64,000 nt of DNA, taken from positions 429 through 64,428 of the forward strand of contig MHHG01000072.1 in the NCBI GenBank assembly GCA_001805965.1, read 5' to 3'. Shown in pieces: positions 18,443 through 27,480 of this stretch. The DNA comes from Omnitrophica WOR_2 bacterium RIFOXYA2_FULL_38_17. Its GTDB lineage: Bacteria > Omnitrophota > Gorgyraeia > Zapsychrales > Zapsychraceae. Made by a program: the position numbers and the translations under genes. The notes under the pieces are model-generated. The model saw nothing but the letters and a program-made list of their open reading frames with translations, searched no databases and was not told the DNA's origin. Numbering within the stretch: the first letter of the stretch is position 1; every line of letters starts with the position of its first letter.

Positions 18443-18583
18443 GAGAAATATAGTGGTTTGACGAAATGGCAAAACCGTTGTAAAGCGGTGACGCAAAGCC
18501 ATAGGGTCCTCAGCAAGAGGATAGCCTGGTTACCGAATCAAGTTAAGAGAACGGGCCTATCCTTTTTTGGATAGGTTTTTTTT
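18443..18583 (+). ncRNA. candidate small RNA (~140 nt) bracketed by promoter-like element and intrinsic terminator
   Basis: Region has no ORF over 6 codons. It contains hairpins GGTTTgacgaaatggcAAAACC and TCCTCagcaaGAGGA, and ends in CCTATCC-TTTTTT-GGATAGG plus a T8 terminator. Identity unknown. Confidence 0.2.
18556..18583 (+). terminator. rho-independent terminator
   Basis: CCTATCC / GGATAGG 7-bp stem, 6-nt loop, followed by TTTTTTTT. Confidence 0.6.
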
Positions 18584-18695
18584 ATTGTCTCTTACGCGAA
18601 AGGTTATGGATCGGTTGAATAAAAAAGATTTTTAATAAAAATTTGAATAGGAAAAAAGTAAATTAATTTATATGGACATCTTATATTTGAAATGA

Positions 18696-19412
18696 TTGCT
18701 CATGCAAAAAACTAAACGAAAATATTTAATAGCATTTTTTATTATTGGGATTGTTAGTATCATCGTAGCTCTCAATAAATGGGTGGGTTGGCAGATAAAC
18801 AGCTTAGGTTCAAGCACGATCAATGTAAAAAAATCAACTGTTAAATCTTCACAAGGAGCACCTGCTCTTCATGGCCAGGTTATTAGGAAGATGAGATTGG
18901 ATGCAAACAGAAAGTTCTCTGAAAACATATTTTATATTGGTGATCAGGAAATAGCTCGGTTCAAAAATACAGGAGACGAAATATTCGACTATACTGGAAA
19001 AATACCTGACGGGAAAGTAAATTTTGTTAATGAAATAACAAATACATACGGCAGCGAATATTACATAAACGCAAAAAGGGACGGGAAGTATACAGAGTAT
19101 TATCCTGACGGAGTGGTTTTTCAGGAAATCAGCTACCGCAATGGAAAAATCAAAAAGCATTCTGTTTATTATGTTGATGGTACCCTTAAAAAGGAAGTTG
19201 ACTTTGAAGATTCTTTGCTTTTCATGAAAGATAAGGAAGTGGGAACTGGCAAGAAATATACCCGAGATGGCATATTAAAATACGAGTGGCATATAACAAA
19301 CATGGATGAAAATCGTTTTAAACGATCGTACAATATTAAAGGGAAGCTAGTAGAGGAAAAATTATTTGATAATATGGGAAATCTTATTGAAGTTAAGACC
19401 CCTAACAGTTAA
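18696..19412 (+). CDS. membrane-anchored MORN/YwqK-like repeat protein (238 aa)
   Basis: N-terminal TM (YLIAFFIIGIVSIIVAL). Repeated ~23-aa units with the G-x-Y/F-x-x-Y-Y-x-x-G pattern (GKYTEYYPDGVVFQEISYRNGKIKKHSVYYVDGTLKKEV) typical of MORN-variant/YwqK repeats. Confidence 0.5.
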   Translation: MLMQKTKRKYLIAFFIIGIVSIIVALNKWVGWQINSLGSSTINVKKSTVKSSQGAPALHGQVIRKMRLDANRKFSENIFYIGDQEIARFKNTGDEIFDYTGKIPDGKVNFVNEITNTYGSEYYINAKRDGKYTEYYPDGVVFQEISYRNGKIKKHSVYYVDGTLKKEVDFEDSLLFMKDKEVGTGKKYTRDGILKYEWHITNMDENRFKRSYNIKGKLVEEKLFDNMGNLIEVKTPNS

Positions 19413-19426
19413 AAAAGAAAGATCCT

Positions 19427-20131
19427 ATGGAAATAAAATCTATAAATTCTAAAAAAGCATTTACCCTGATAGAGCTTCTTATCGTTGTTGGGATCTTAGC
19501 TGTTGTTATTACGGGCATGATGCAGATATTTACATATATGCCACGGTTGTCAGAATCGGCCTCTAACTCAACAAAGGCAATGAATGAGATCAATAGTAAA
19601 CTGGAGGAAATGTATAGTACCTCTTTCAAGAATATAATATCAACTTACGCATGTGAATGTTTTGACTATATAGATAATGATATGGATGGGGCGATAGATT
19701 ATGACCACAATCCAAGCCATCCAAGCGATATGCAATGTTCCCAAATGTTAGATAACTCTGAGAGCAGTGATGCAGCCCCGGCCTCGTTTGATACTTCTCC
19801 GTGCAGTTTTGAATTAGAAGCATTTACGACACCGGCTGGCGAAAAAAGGGGCTGGGCGGTTATTTATTTGTCAAAGTCCCCATATTTTGATGCAACAAAA
19901 ACTGATGAAGAAAATGATAATTATAAAGATGGGGATGGCTTTATAAATGATGATGATGTGAACAATGATCTACTTGATGTCACAATTGTAGCTACTTGGA
20001 TTGATTCTTATGGGCGTACGATTGGAGAAGATATAAATTTAAATGGATATTTGGATAACAGTGAGGATAGCGATGGAGATGGCAGGCTGTCATCAACGGC
20101 CACAATTACAGCAAAGATTTCGAGGAGATAG
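19427..20131 (+). CDS. type IV prepilin-like (pseudo)pilin with acidic DxDxDG calcium-loop-like motifs
   Basis: Class III signal: KKAFTLIELLIVVGILAVVITG (prepilin cleavage/methylation region with conserved E+5). Mature part carries DNDMDGAID, DGDGFINDDD and DSDGDGRLS, which are EF-hand/DxDxDG-like loops. Confidence 0.75.
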   Translation: MEIKSINSKKAFTLIELLIVVGILAVVITGMMQIFTYMPRLSESASNSTKAMNEINSKLEEMYSTSFKNIISTYACECFDYIDNDMDGAIDYDHNPSHPSDMQCSQMLDNSESSDAAPASFDTSPCSFELEAFTTPAGEKRGWAVIYLSKSPYFDATKTDEENDNYKDGDGFINDDDVNNDLLDVTIVATWIDSYGRTIGEDINLNGYLDNSEDSDGDGRLSSTATITAKISRR

Positions 20132-20683
20132 ATGCTTAGGAATATAATAGCCAATAATAAAGCAGTTACATTAGTTGAGACGATGATGACGGTCTTTATC
20201 TTTATGCTTGTTTCAGGGGCGCTTTATTCTACTGTGGTGCTCGGAGAACGTTCCGGGATGGAAAACATAATTAAGATCGAACATCAGCAAGAAGTGCGTA
20301 AAGCTGCCGAGAGGTTGAAGCATGATCTATCTAAATCCGGGAGTGGTCAAATAACGGGTGTTCCCGTAGGAGGAGCATCAAGCAGTATCTCTTTTAATGT
20401 TGCTACCGGTGCAACATTCACTGGAAATCCAGTCTGGTCATCCTCTATTACTTATGCCCTGGCTGGAAGTGATTCCAATCAGCTTACAAGGACCCAGAAT
20501 GGAGTAGCTGTAATTGTTGCTAATAATATATCATCAATACAATTTTCAAGAAGTGTACACGATATCGTTGAGGTAACAGTAACAGGTCAATATCCGGATG
20601 ACCTTCTTGATCCGGATGACCAGGACAGGTCAATTGAGAAAATAAGTGCAACATTATCTTTTGTTGTTCATTTGAGGAATTAA
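20132..20683 (+). CDS. minor pseudopilin (PilW/GspJ-like) with prepilin-type N-terminus
   Basis: Start codon abuts the previous stop. N-terminal NKAVTLVETMMTVFIFMLVSGALY resembles the prepilin hydrophobic alpha1-N helix with Glu at +5. Confidence 0.55.
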   Translation: MLRNIIANNKAVTLVETMMTVFIFMLVSGALYSTVVLGERSGMENIIKIEHQQEVRKAAERLKHDLSKSGSGQITGVPVGGASSSISFNVATGATFTGNPVWSSSITYALAGSDSNQLTRTQNGVAVIVANNISSIQFSRSVHDIVEVTVTGQYPDDLLDPDDQDRSIEKISATLSFVVHLRN

Positions 20684-20687
20684 AAAT

Positions 20688-22310
20688 ATGGAACTATTAA
20701 GGAACAGGAAAAAAAGATCTAATTGTAAGTTTTTGAATAATAGGGGGAGCATGCTTCTGCTTTCTTATTTGGTCATTATTGTCTTGCTTGGGGTCAGTGC
20801 GGCTATAATGGTCTTAGGTGCTAGCGAGTCAAGAACTTCGAGGATCCAGAGATTAAGTTCGATAGCCTTTTCTATCGCTGAAGCTGGTCTTGAAAAGGCG
20901 TTGTATGACCTGAGAGAAGACTTTGTGAACGATTCATCCCCCAGCTGGAGTGATGGAGATATTAACGGGTATACCTTATCTCCGAGTACTGATAGCTATT
21001 ATACGATCCCATATGATGTCACATCTCTTAATGGCGGTTCTTATGAGGTACAGCTTCTAAATTCATCAAGTGCCAATGCTATCTGGGTAGAATCAACCGG
21101 GACAATAGAGGGGATGAGCCAGTCTTTGAGGGCTTATGTAACAGCAGTAAATATTTCTCCTTGGGATAATGCAATATTTGCCGGTGCCGGAGCTGCGGGT
21201 AAACTGATCAGTGGTAATGTGGACATTCGGGGGTCTGTGCATTTATTAGGAAATGGTCTTGCTCCCACGGATAATGCTGTTTACATGGGGGGCACCGCAG
21301 AGATAGTTGGGAATAATTATAGCGGAATGGCTGCTTATTTAGAGGATAAAATACCGAAATTACCCACAATTACTATTTCAGGGGAAGCGAGTCCATCGGA
21401 GACATTAAGCTCAGAGCTTCGTATTAAAAGAGGAATGATTGAATTGAGCGGTTCAGCAGCTGTAGGCCAGGAGACTAAAAATGCAGACAAAAACGATGGT
21501 GAGAAAGAAAATGTAGATGGAACATATGTAACAGACGGCTATGATTGCGGAGATGCTGATAACAGGATATGCAGTAGCGTTTACTCTGATAATGGTACAA
21601 CTGAGGCATATGATCTTGGCGATGCCGTGTCTTTCCCAAGCCTTGGTGATGATGCTCCTGAAGATACAACAAAAACAATTAAGCAATATTTCATAGATGA
21701 AGTACCCAGCCATAGCAATCCAACGGGAGTTGATTTAGCATCAGCTCTGAGCAACCTTCAAGCAAGCAGCAATTTTAAATATTATGATGATACAAACAAC
21801 AATAATATATTTGATGCCAATGAGGATGGTATAAGCATGGATGGCAGTGGTAATATGTATATTTCCGGAAGAATATATGTTAATGGTGCAGTAAGTATTG
21901 GAGGTTCCGATCCTATTACTTATACGGGAACGGGAACTATTTTGGCTGAAGGCAATGTGGCTATTAAAACGAGCTTAATAACACCTGCCCCGGCAGACCC
22001 ATCAGACCCTGCGCTGAAAACATATCCCGAGAATATAATCGGCATTATGACACCAGGGGATATCTCTTTAGGAGAGTCTGCACAAATAGATATTATGGGC
22101 TTGTTCTATGCCGAGAATCAAGTTGTAGTAAATAAGCAGACAGATGTTATTGGAACACTAGTGACAAACTACTTTGATACCGGAGGACAGGTCCCGGCAG
22201 TTTATCAAGTTCCTGAAGTGGTAAATAATTTACCAGAAGGGCTTATAACGAGTTCTGAAGTATGGTTTTTAAAAGTTGTATGGAAAGAAATAGATGCCCC
22301 GACCCCATAA
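20688..22310 (+). CDS. large minor pilin, PilX-like (540 aa)
   Basis: Hydrophobic N-terminal helix (MLLLSYLVIIVLLGVSAAIMVLGASESRTSRIQ...AFSIAEAGLEKALYDL) resembles the PilX_N domain. Long Ser/Thr/Gly/Asn-rich beta-type body. Third gene of a tightly packed pilin operon. Exact start uncertain. Confidence 0.5.
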   Translation: MELLRNRKKRSNCKFLNNRGSMLLLSYLVIIVLLGVSAAIMVLGASESRTSRIQRLSSIAFSIAEAGLEKALYDLREDFVNDSSPSWSDGDINGYTLSPSTDSYYTIPYDVTSLNGGSYEVQLLNSSSANAIWVESTGTIEGMSQSLRAYVTAVNISPWDNAIFAGAGAAGKLISGNVDIRGSVHLLGNGLAPTDNAVYMGGTAEIVGNNYSGMAAYLEDKIPKLPTITISGEASPSETLSSELRIKRGMIELSGSAAVGQETKNADKNDGEKENVDGTYVTDGYDCGDADNRICSSVYSDNGTTEAYDLGDAVSFPSLGDDAPEDTTKTIKQYFIDEVPSHSNPTGVDLASALSNLQASSNFKYYDDTNNNNIFDANEDGISMDGSGNMYISGRIYVNGAVSIGGSDPITYTGTGTILAEGNVAIKTSLITPAPADPSDPALKTYPENIIGIMTPGDISLGESAQIDIMGLFYAENQVVVNKQTDVIGTLVTNYFDTGGQVPAVYQVPEVVNNLPEGLITSSEVWFLKVVWKEIDAPTP

Positions 22311-22583
22311 AATTGTTTCTTTTGCAGGGTATTAGCAGGATTAGCTATACTGCCCTAGTATCATGAGTTTCTTGCTCCCCCAATAATTTTCAACTCCTTA
22401 AATTGAAGTTCTGTAAGTTGCTTTCCTGTTCTTAAGGGATTGATCTGAAAAAAACCAATGAAAATCTGTTTCGTCGCTATAATGTTGAATAGAATAGGCT
22501 TTTGAACTTGTTCTAAAATGAAATTTAGTGTAGAATACCTCCGTTATGATTGCTAATAGATCAAAAAAACATTTAATAGTTAA

Positions 22584-22611
22584 GACAGTTCCAAAGGGAC
22601 TGTTTTTTTTT
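22584..22611 (+). terminator. leader hairpin + T9 run immediately upstream of the DUF1846 RBS (possible attenuator)
   Basis: GACAGTTCC-AAA-GGGACTGT imperfect stem followed by TTTTTTTTT. It sits ~10 nt before the AAGGAGA RBS of the 22633 gene and ~100 nt downstream of a TATAAT box at ~22478. Confidence 0.35.
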
Positions 22612-22632
22612 GTGTGAAAAGAAGGAGAAACA

Positions 22633-24150
22633 ATGGGTAAAAAGATAGGTTTTGACAACGAAAAATATTTAAAAGAACAAACAGAAGCTATTTTAAATAG
22701 AGTTGATCAGTTTGATGATAAACTATACCTGGAGTTTGGTGGCAAGCTGCTTTATGATTATCATGCTTCCAGAGTTCTTCCCGGCTTTGATCCCAATGTA
22801 AAGATGAGGCTTTTGAAACAATTAAAGGACAAATCAGATATTATTTTGTGTATATATGCAGGCGATATTGAACGTAAGAAGATAAGGGCGGATTTCGGAA
22901 TTACTTATGATATGGATGCTTTCAAATTGATAGATGACCTTAAAGATTGGGAGATCAATATATGTGCGGTTGTCATTACAAGGTATGAGAATCAGCCTTC
23001 TGCAAATGTGTTTAAGAACAAATTAGAGCGCCAGGGCATCAGGGTTTATACCCATAGTTTTACAAAAGGTTATCCTACAGATGTGGACCTTATTGTGAGC
23101 GATCAGGGGTATGGAGCTAATGATTATATTGAAACAAAGAACAAACTTGTTGTGGTGACTGCGCCAGGCCCAGGAAGCGGCAAGCTGGCTACTTGTTTAT
23201 CCCAACTTTATCATGAACACAAAAGAGGTGTGAGGGCTGGTTATGCAAAATTTGAGACTTTTCCTATATGGAATTTGCCGCTTAAGCATCCTGTGAATAT
23301 TGCTTATGAATCCGCAACTGCTGACCTTAGAGATTACAATATGCTAGATTCTTTCCATCTTGAGAAGCATAATGTGAGATCAGTGAACTATAACCGAGAT
23401 ATGGAAGTGTTCCCCGTACTTAAACGTATCTTGGAGAAGATCATGGGGGAATCAATGTATTCATCTCCGACGGATATGGGAGTTAATTGCGCAGGTTTTG
23501 GTATTGTTGATGACGATGTAGTTCAAGCGGCAGCAAAACAGGAGATCATAAGGCGGTATTTTAGGTCTAAATACGAGTATGCAATGGGCTTGGTTGATAA
23601 AGATGCAGTTCAGAGATGCGAGCTGTTGATCGAAGAGATAGGGGTTAAATCCTATGATCGAACAGTAGTCCAGCCGGCAAGAGATGTTGCAAAAGAAGCA
23701 GAAGAGAAAGGTCTGGGCAATAAGGGCGTGTATTGCGGGGCAGCTATTGAGCTGCAGGATGGAACTATTATTACAGGCAAGAATTCACCGCTTATGCATG
23801 CAGCATCTAGCTTGATCCTGAATGTGCTTAAACATCTGGCGGAGATACCTGATAAGATCCCGCTGCTTTCCGAGAACATCATTCATTTTATTTCTAAATT
23901 AAAAAGGGATATTTTAGAATTGAACACCATAAGTTTGAACTTGGATGAAACGCTGATAAGCTTAAGCATTAGTGCGGCGACAAATCCGGCAGCAAAAATA
24001 GCTTTGGAAAAACTAAAGGAAATCAGGGGGTGCGAGGTTCATATGACGCATATCCCGACATCCGGGGACGAAGTGGGCCTGAGATGTTTAGGTGTGAATT
24101 TGACTACTGATCCAAATTTCTCGTCAAAGAGCTTTTACGAAGTTGCGTAA
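22633..24150 (+). CDS. UPF0371/DUF1846 family protein
   Basis: Collinear with the UPF0371 family throughout: KLYLEFGGKLL, ARVLPG, VVTAPGPGSGKLATC, YAKFETFPIWNLPLKHPVNIAYE, NYNRDMEVFPVLKRILEKI, SPTDMGVN. ~500 aa, as for the family. Confidence 0.85.
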   Translation: MGKKIGFDNEKYLKEQTEAILNRVDQFDDKLYLEFGGKLLYDYHASRVLPGFDPNVKMRLLKQLKDKSDIILCIYAGDIERKKIRADFGITYDMDAFKLIDDLKDWEINICAVVITRYENQPSANVFKNKLERQGIRVYTHSFTKGYPTDVDLIVSDQGYGANDYIETKNKLVVVTAPGPGSGKLATCLSQLYHEHKRGVRAGYAKFETFPIWNLPLKHPVNIAYESATADLRDYNMLDSFHLEKHNVRSVNYNRDMEVFPVLKRILEKIMGESMYSSPTDMGVNCAGFGIVDDDVVQAAAKQEIIRRYFRSKYEYAMGLVDKDAVQRCELLIEEIGVKSYDRTVVQPARDVAKEAEEKGLGNKGVYCGAAIELQDGTIITGKNSPLMHAASSLILNVLKHLAEIPDKIPLLSENIIHFISKLKRDILELNTISLNLDETLISLSISAATNPAAKIALEKLKEIRGCEVHMTHIPTSGDEVGLRCLGVNLTTDPNFSSKSFYEVA

Positions 24151-24193
24151 TTCTTAAATCTTGAAAATCAAAAAATATTGAAAAGGGGAAATT

Positions 24194-27100
24194 ATGCCAA
24201 GACGAAATGATATTAATAAAATCCTTATCATAGGTTCTGGCCCGATAATTATTGGCCAAGCTTGTGAATTTGATTATTCAGGGACGCAGGCTTGTAAGGT
24301 CTTAAAGGAAGAAGGGTTCGAAGTGGTTCTTGTCAATTCCAACCCTGCAACGATCATGACTGATCCTGGTATGGCGGATAAGACATATATTGAGCCTCTT
24401 ACCGTTGAAAGTTTGACTGCCATAATTGATAAAGAAAGGCCGGATGGCATACTTCCAAATTTAGGAGGACAAACCGGACTAAATCTTTCTTCAGCTTTAA
24501 GCAAAGCAGGAATACTGAAACGATATGGAGTTGAGATAATTGGCGTTAAAATAGATGCTATTGAGAGAGGCGAAGACAGGATTGCTTTTAAGGAAACGAT
24601 GAACAAGCTGGGTATTCCTATGGCGAAATCTGAGCCGTCTCATTCTATCGAAGAGGCTGAATTGATCGCTGAAAGGCTGGGTTATCCGGTTGTTTTACGT
24701 CCTGCTTATACAATGGGCGGAACAGGCGGAGGGTTAGTCTACAATGTTGAAGAATTGAGAACTGTTATGGCCAGGGGGCTTTCTGCAAGTATAGTAGGCC
24801 AGGTCTTGGTTGAAGAGTCAGTTCTAGGCTGGGAAGAATTGGAGCTTGAAGTTGTCAGAGATGTAAAGAACCAGATGATAACGGTTTGTTTTATTGAAAA
24901 TATTGATGCGATGGGTGTTCATACAGGTGACAGTTTTTGTACTGCCCCTATGATGACGGTCCCTAAGGAGCTGCAAAAAAGAATGCAGGATATGAGCTAT
25001 AAGATCGTTGAGGCCATAGGCGTTGTTGGAGGAACAAACATACAGTTTGCCCATAACCTTAAGGACGACCGTATAGTTGTAATTGAAATAAATCCAAGGA
25101 CTTCCCGCTCATCTGCTCTTGCATCGAAAGCTACGGGTTTTCCAATAGCAAGGATTTCAACTAAATTAGCTGCCGGATTGACAATGGATGAGATCCCATA
25201 TTGGCGCGATGGAACGCTGGAAAAATATACGCCGTGGGGAGATTATGTTGTTATCAAATTTGCACGTTGGGCATTTGAAAAATTTCCACAGGCAAAGGAT
25301 GTCCTTGGAACACAGATGAAAGCTGTTGGCGAAGTAATGAGCATAGCTAAGACATTTAAGGAGGCTTTTCAAAAGTCAATTCGCTCTCTTGAGATAAAAC
25401 GCTATGGATTGGGTGGTGCAAAGAATTTTAAAGGTCTACCGTTGGAAGAGATCAAAAAGAAGATTGCTCTTCCTTCCAGCGAGAGAATATTCTTGATGTA
25501 TGAAGCCTTGCGTCAGGGTATGGAAGTGGAAGAATTATATAACACTACATATATCGGAAGAACATTTATCAAAGAAATGAAGGAGCTTGTTGATTTTGAA
25601 GAAGAGATCCTTCATTCCGATTGGAAAAATCTTGTGCCAGCGAAATTGAGGAAAGCAAAAGAAATGGGTTTTTCAGACAGGTATCTAGCAGGCCTTTTTA
25701 TGATCAAAGAAAAAGAGGTTAGGGAAAAAAGGGCAGCTCTTGGGATAAATGTCCGCTATGAAGCTGTGCCGGTTAGCGGAGTAGAGAACGCGGCCTATTA
25801 TTATTCTACATATACCGAAGGTGAAGACCAGGTTACAGTTTCTCCTAACAAGAAGATCATGATATTAGGGGGCGGACCAAACCGAATAGGGCAGGGAATT
25901 GAATTTGATTATACCTGTGTTCATGCGGCATTTACTTTGAGGGAAGAAGGGTATGAATCAATAATGATAAACTGCAATCCAGAGACGGTTTCTACAGATT
26001 ATGATACTTCTGACAAACTATATTTTGAGCCGTTAACTATTGAAGATGTATTAAATATATATAATAAAGAAAAGCCTGAAGGAGTAATTGTTCAGTTTGG
26101 AGGGCAAACTCCCCTTAATTTGGCACAGGAGCTTAAGGATAATGGAGTGAAAATATTAGGGACGACTCCGGAATGTATACACTTTGCAGAAGATAGAGAA
26201 AGATTCCGCGATAAAATGATGGAGCTGGATATCCCTCAGCCGGAAGGCGGAATTGCAAGATCGTTGAAGGAGGCTCTTGAGACCGCGAGTAAAATAGGTT
26301 ATCCTTTGATGGTTCGTCCTTCCTATGTGTTGGGTGGAAGAGGAATGGAGGTCATATATGATGAAGTATCATTAAGAAAATATGCGCTTGAGGCTATTGA
26401 TGTAAGCCCGGAACATCCTATGCTTATCGATAGGTTTTTGGAAAAAGCGATCGAAACTGAAGTTGATGCTTTGTCAGATGGGCAAGAAGTTTTTGTTGCT
26501 TCTATTATGGAACATACTGAACTAGCAGGTGTACATTCCGGAGACTCAGCTTGTACGATACCTTCAAGAACAATAAGTGAAAAGCACATTGAGACTATAG
26601 AAAGATATACAAAAGCCATTGCAATGGAGTTGAATGTAATCGGCTTAATGAACATTCAATTTGCAATATGTGAAGATAGGGTTTATATTCTTGAAGCAAA
26701 TCCCAGGGCTTCACGAACGGTTCCTATCGTTTCTAAGGTGGCTGGGATATCTTTGGCAAGATTAGCGACACAAGTTATGCTTGGCAAGAAATTGAGTGAT
26801 TTTAGCGATGAATTAAAGGTCAGAAAAATACCATATGTCGGAGTCAAAGAAGCAGTGTTTCCGTTCAACATGTTCCCTGAAGTTGATCCGGTCCTTGGCC
26901 CTGAAATGAGGGCTACTGGTGAGGTTATGGGTCTGGCTGATAATTTCGGCATGGCTTTTTATAAAGCCCAAGAAGCCGCGGGATATAGATTGCCTTTAAA
27001 GGGGAATGTTCTTTTAACCGTTGCCAGGAGAGACAGAGAAAACATGTTTCCTGTCGCAGAAAAGCTTCAGATGTTGGGTTTTAAAATATTTGCGACTGAA

Positions 27101-27433
27101 GGAACAGGTAGGTTCTTAGGAGAAAAAGGGATTAGTTCTACAATCATAAACAAAATGCACGAAGGAAGGCCTAATGTTGCTGATGTGATAAAAAATGGAG
27201 AAGTCCAGTTGATTATTAATACCCCGATAGGGAAGAATAGTAAATATGATGATAGTTATATTCGCATGGAAGCAATTCAAAGAAAGCTTCCTTATGTGAC
27301 ATCTATTGCAGCAGCTCAGGCAACTGTTTATGGTATTGAAGAAATGATCAAAGGGAAAAAAGTGCCCAAGTCATTACAGGAATATCATAAAGAACTTGAG
27401 GGGCAGGAGCTAGTAATAGAAAGTACAAACTAA
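24194..27433 (+). CDS. carB: carbamoyl-phosphate synthase large subunit
   Basis: 1079 aa. Duplicated ATP-grasp halves (ILIIGSGPIIIGQACEFDYSGTQA... and IMILGGGPNRIGQGIEFDYTCVHA...), oligomerisation domain, C-terminal MGS-like domain. Unmistakable CarB architecture. No carA adjacent. Confidence 0.95.
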   Translation: MPRRNDINKILIIGSGPIIIGQACEFDYSGTQACKVLKEEGFEVVLVNSNPATIMTDPGMADKTYIEPLTVESLTAIIDKERPDGILPNLGGQTGLNLSSALSKAGILKRYGVEIIGVKIDAIERGEDRIAFKETMNKLGIPMAKSEPSHSIEEAELIAERLGYPVVLRPAYTMGGTGGGLVYNVEELRTVMARGLSASIVGQVLVEESVLGWEELELEVVRDVKNQMITVCFIENIDAMGVHTGDSFCTAPMMTVPKELQKRMQDMSYKIVEAIGVVGGTNIQFAHNLKDDRIVVIEINPRTSRSSALASKATGFPIARISTKLAAGLTMDEIPYWRDGTLEKYTPWGDYVVIKFARWAFEKFPQAKDVLGTQMKAVGEVMSIAKTFKEAFQKSIRSLEIKRYGLGGAKNFKGLPLEEIKKKIALPSSERIFLMYEALRQGMEVEELYNTTYIGRTFIKEMKELVDFEEEILHSDWKNLVPAKLRKAKEMGFSDRYLAGLFMIKEKEVREKRAALGINVRYEAVPVSGVENAAYYYSTYTEGEDQVTVSPNKKIMILGGGPNRIGQGIEFDYTCVHAAFTLREEGYESIMINCNPETVSTDYDTSDKLYFEPLTIEDVLNIYNKEKPEGVIVQFGGQTPLNLAQELKDNGVKILGTTPECIHFAEDRERFRDKMMELDIPQPEGGIARSLKEALETASKIGYPLMVRPSYVLGGRGMEVIYDEVSLRKYALEAIDVSPEHPMLIDRFLEKAIETEVDALSDGQEVFVASIMEHTELAGVHSGDSACTIPSRTISEKHIETIERYTKAIAMELNVIGLMNIQFAICEDRVYILEANPRASRTVPIVSKVAGISLARLATQVMLGKKLSDFSDELKVRKIPYVGVKEAVFPFNMFPEVDPVLGPEMRATGEVMGLADNFGMAFYKAQEAAGYRLPLKGNVLLTVARRDRENMFPVAEKLQMLGFKIFATEGTGRFLGEKGISSTIINKMHEGRPNVADVIKNGEVQLIINTPIGKNSKYDDSYIRMEAIQRKLPYVTSIAAAQATVYGIEEMIKGKKVPKSLQEYHKELEGQELVIESTN

Positions 27434-27480
27434 TTAATAAAACAAATTCATATTCGGCAAGTAATAATGGGAGAGATTAA

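Noticed and set aside
18440-18550. tRNA-like fragment (GGTTACCGAATC resembling a T-arm GGTTCGAATC)
   Set aside because: No complementary acceptor stem, D-arm or anticodon arm can be drawn. The similarity is limited to ~10 nt. Kept only as part of the sRNA-candidate finding.
22398-22658. 86-aa minus-strand ORF in the DUF1846 leader
   Set aside because: Overlaps the plus-strand promoter/terminator/RBS region. No RBS. Low-complexity sequence.
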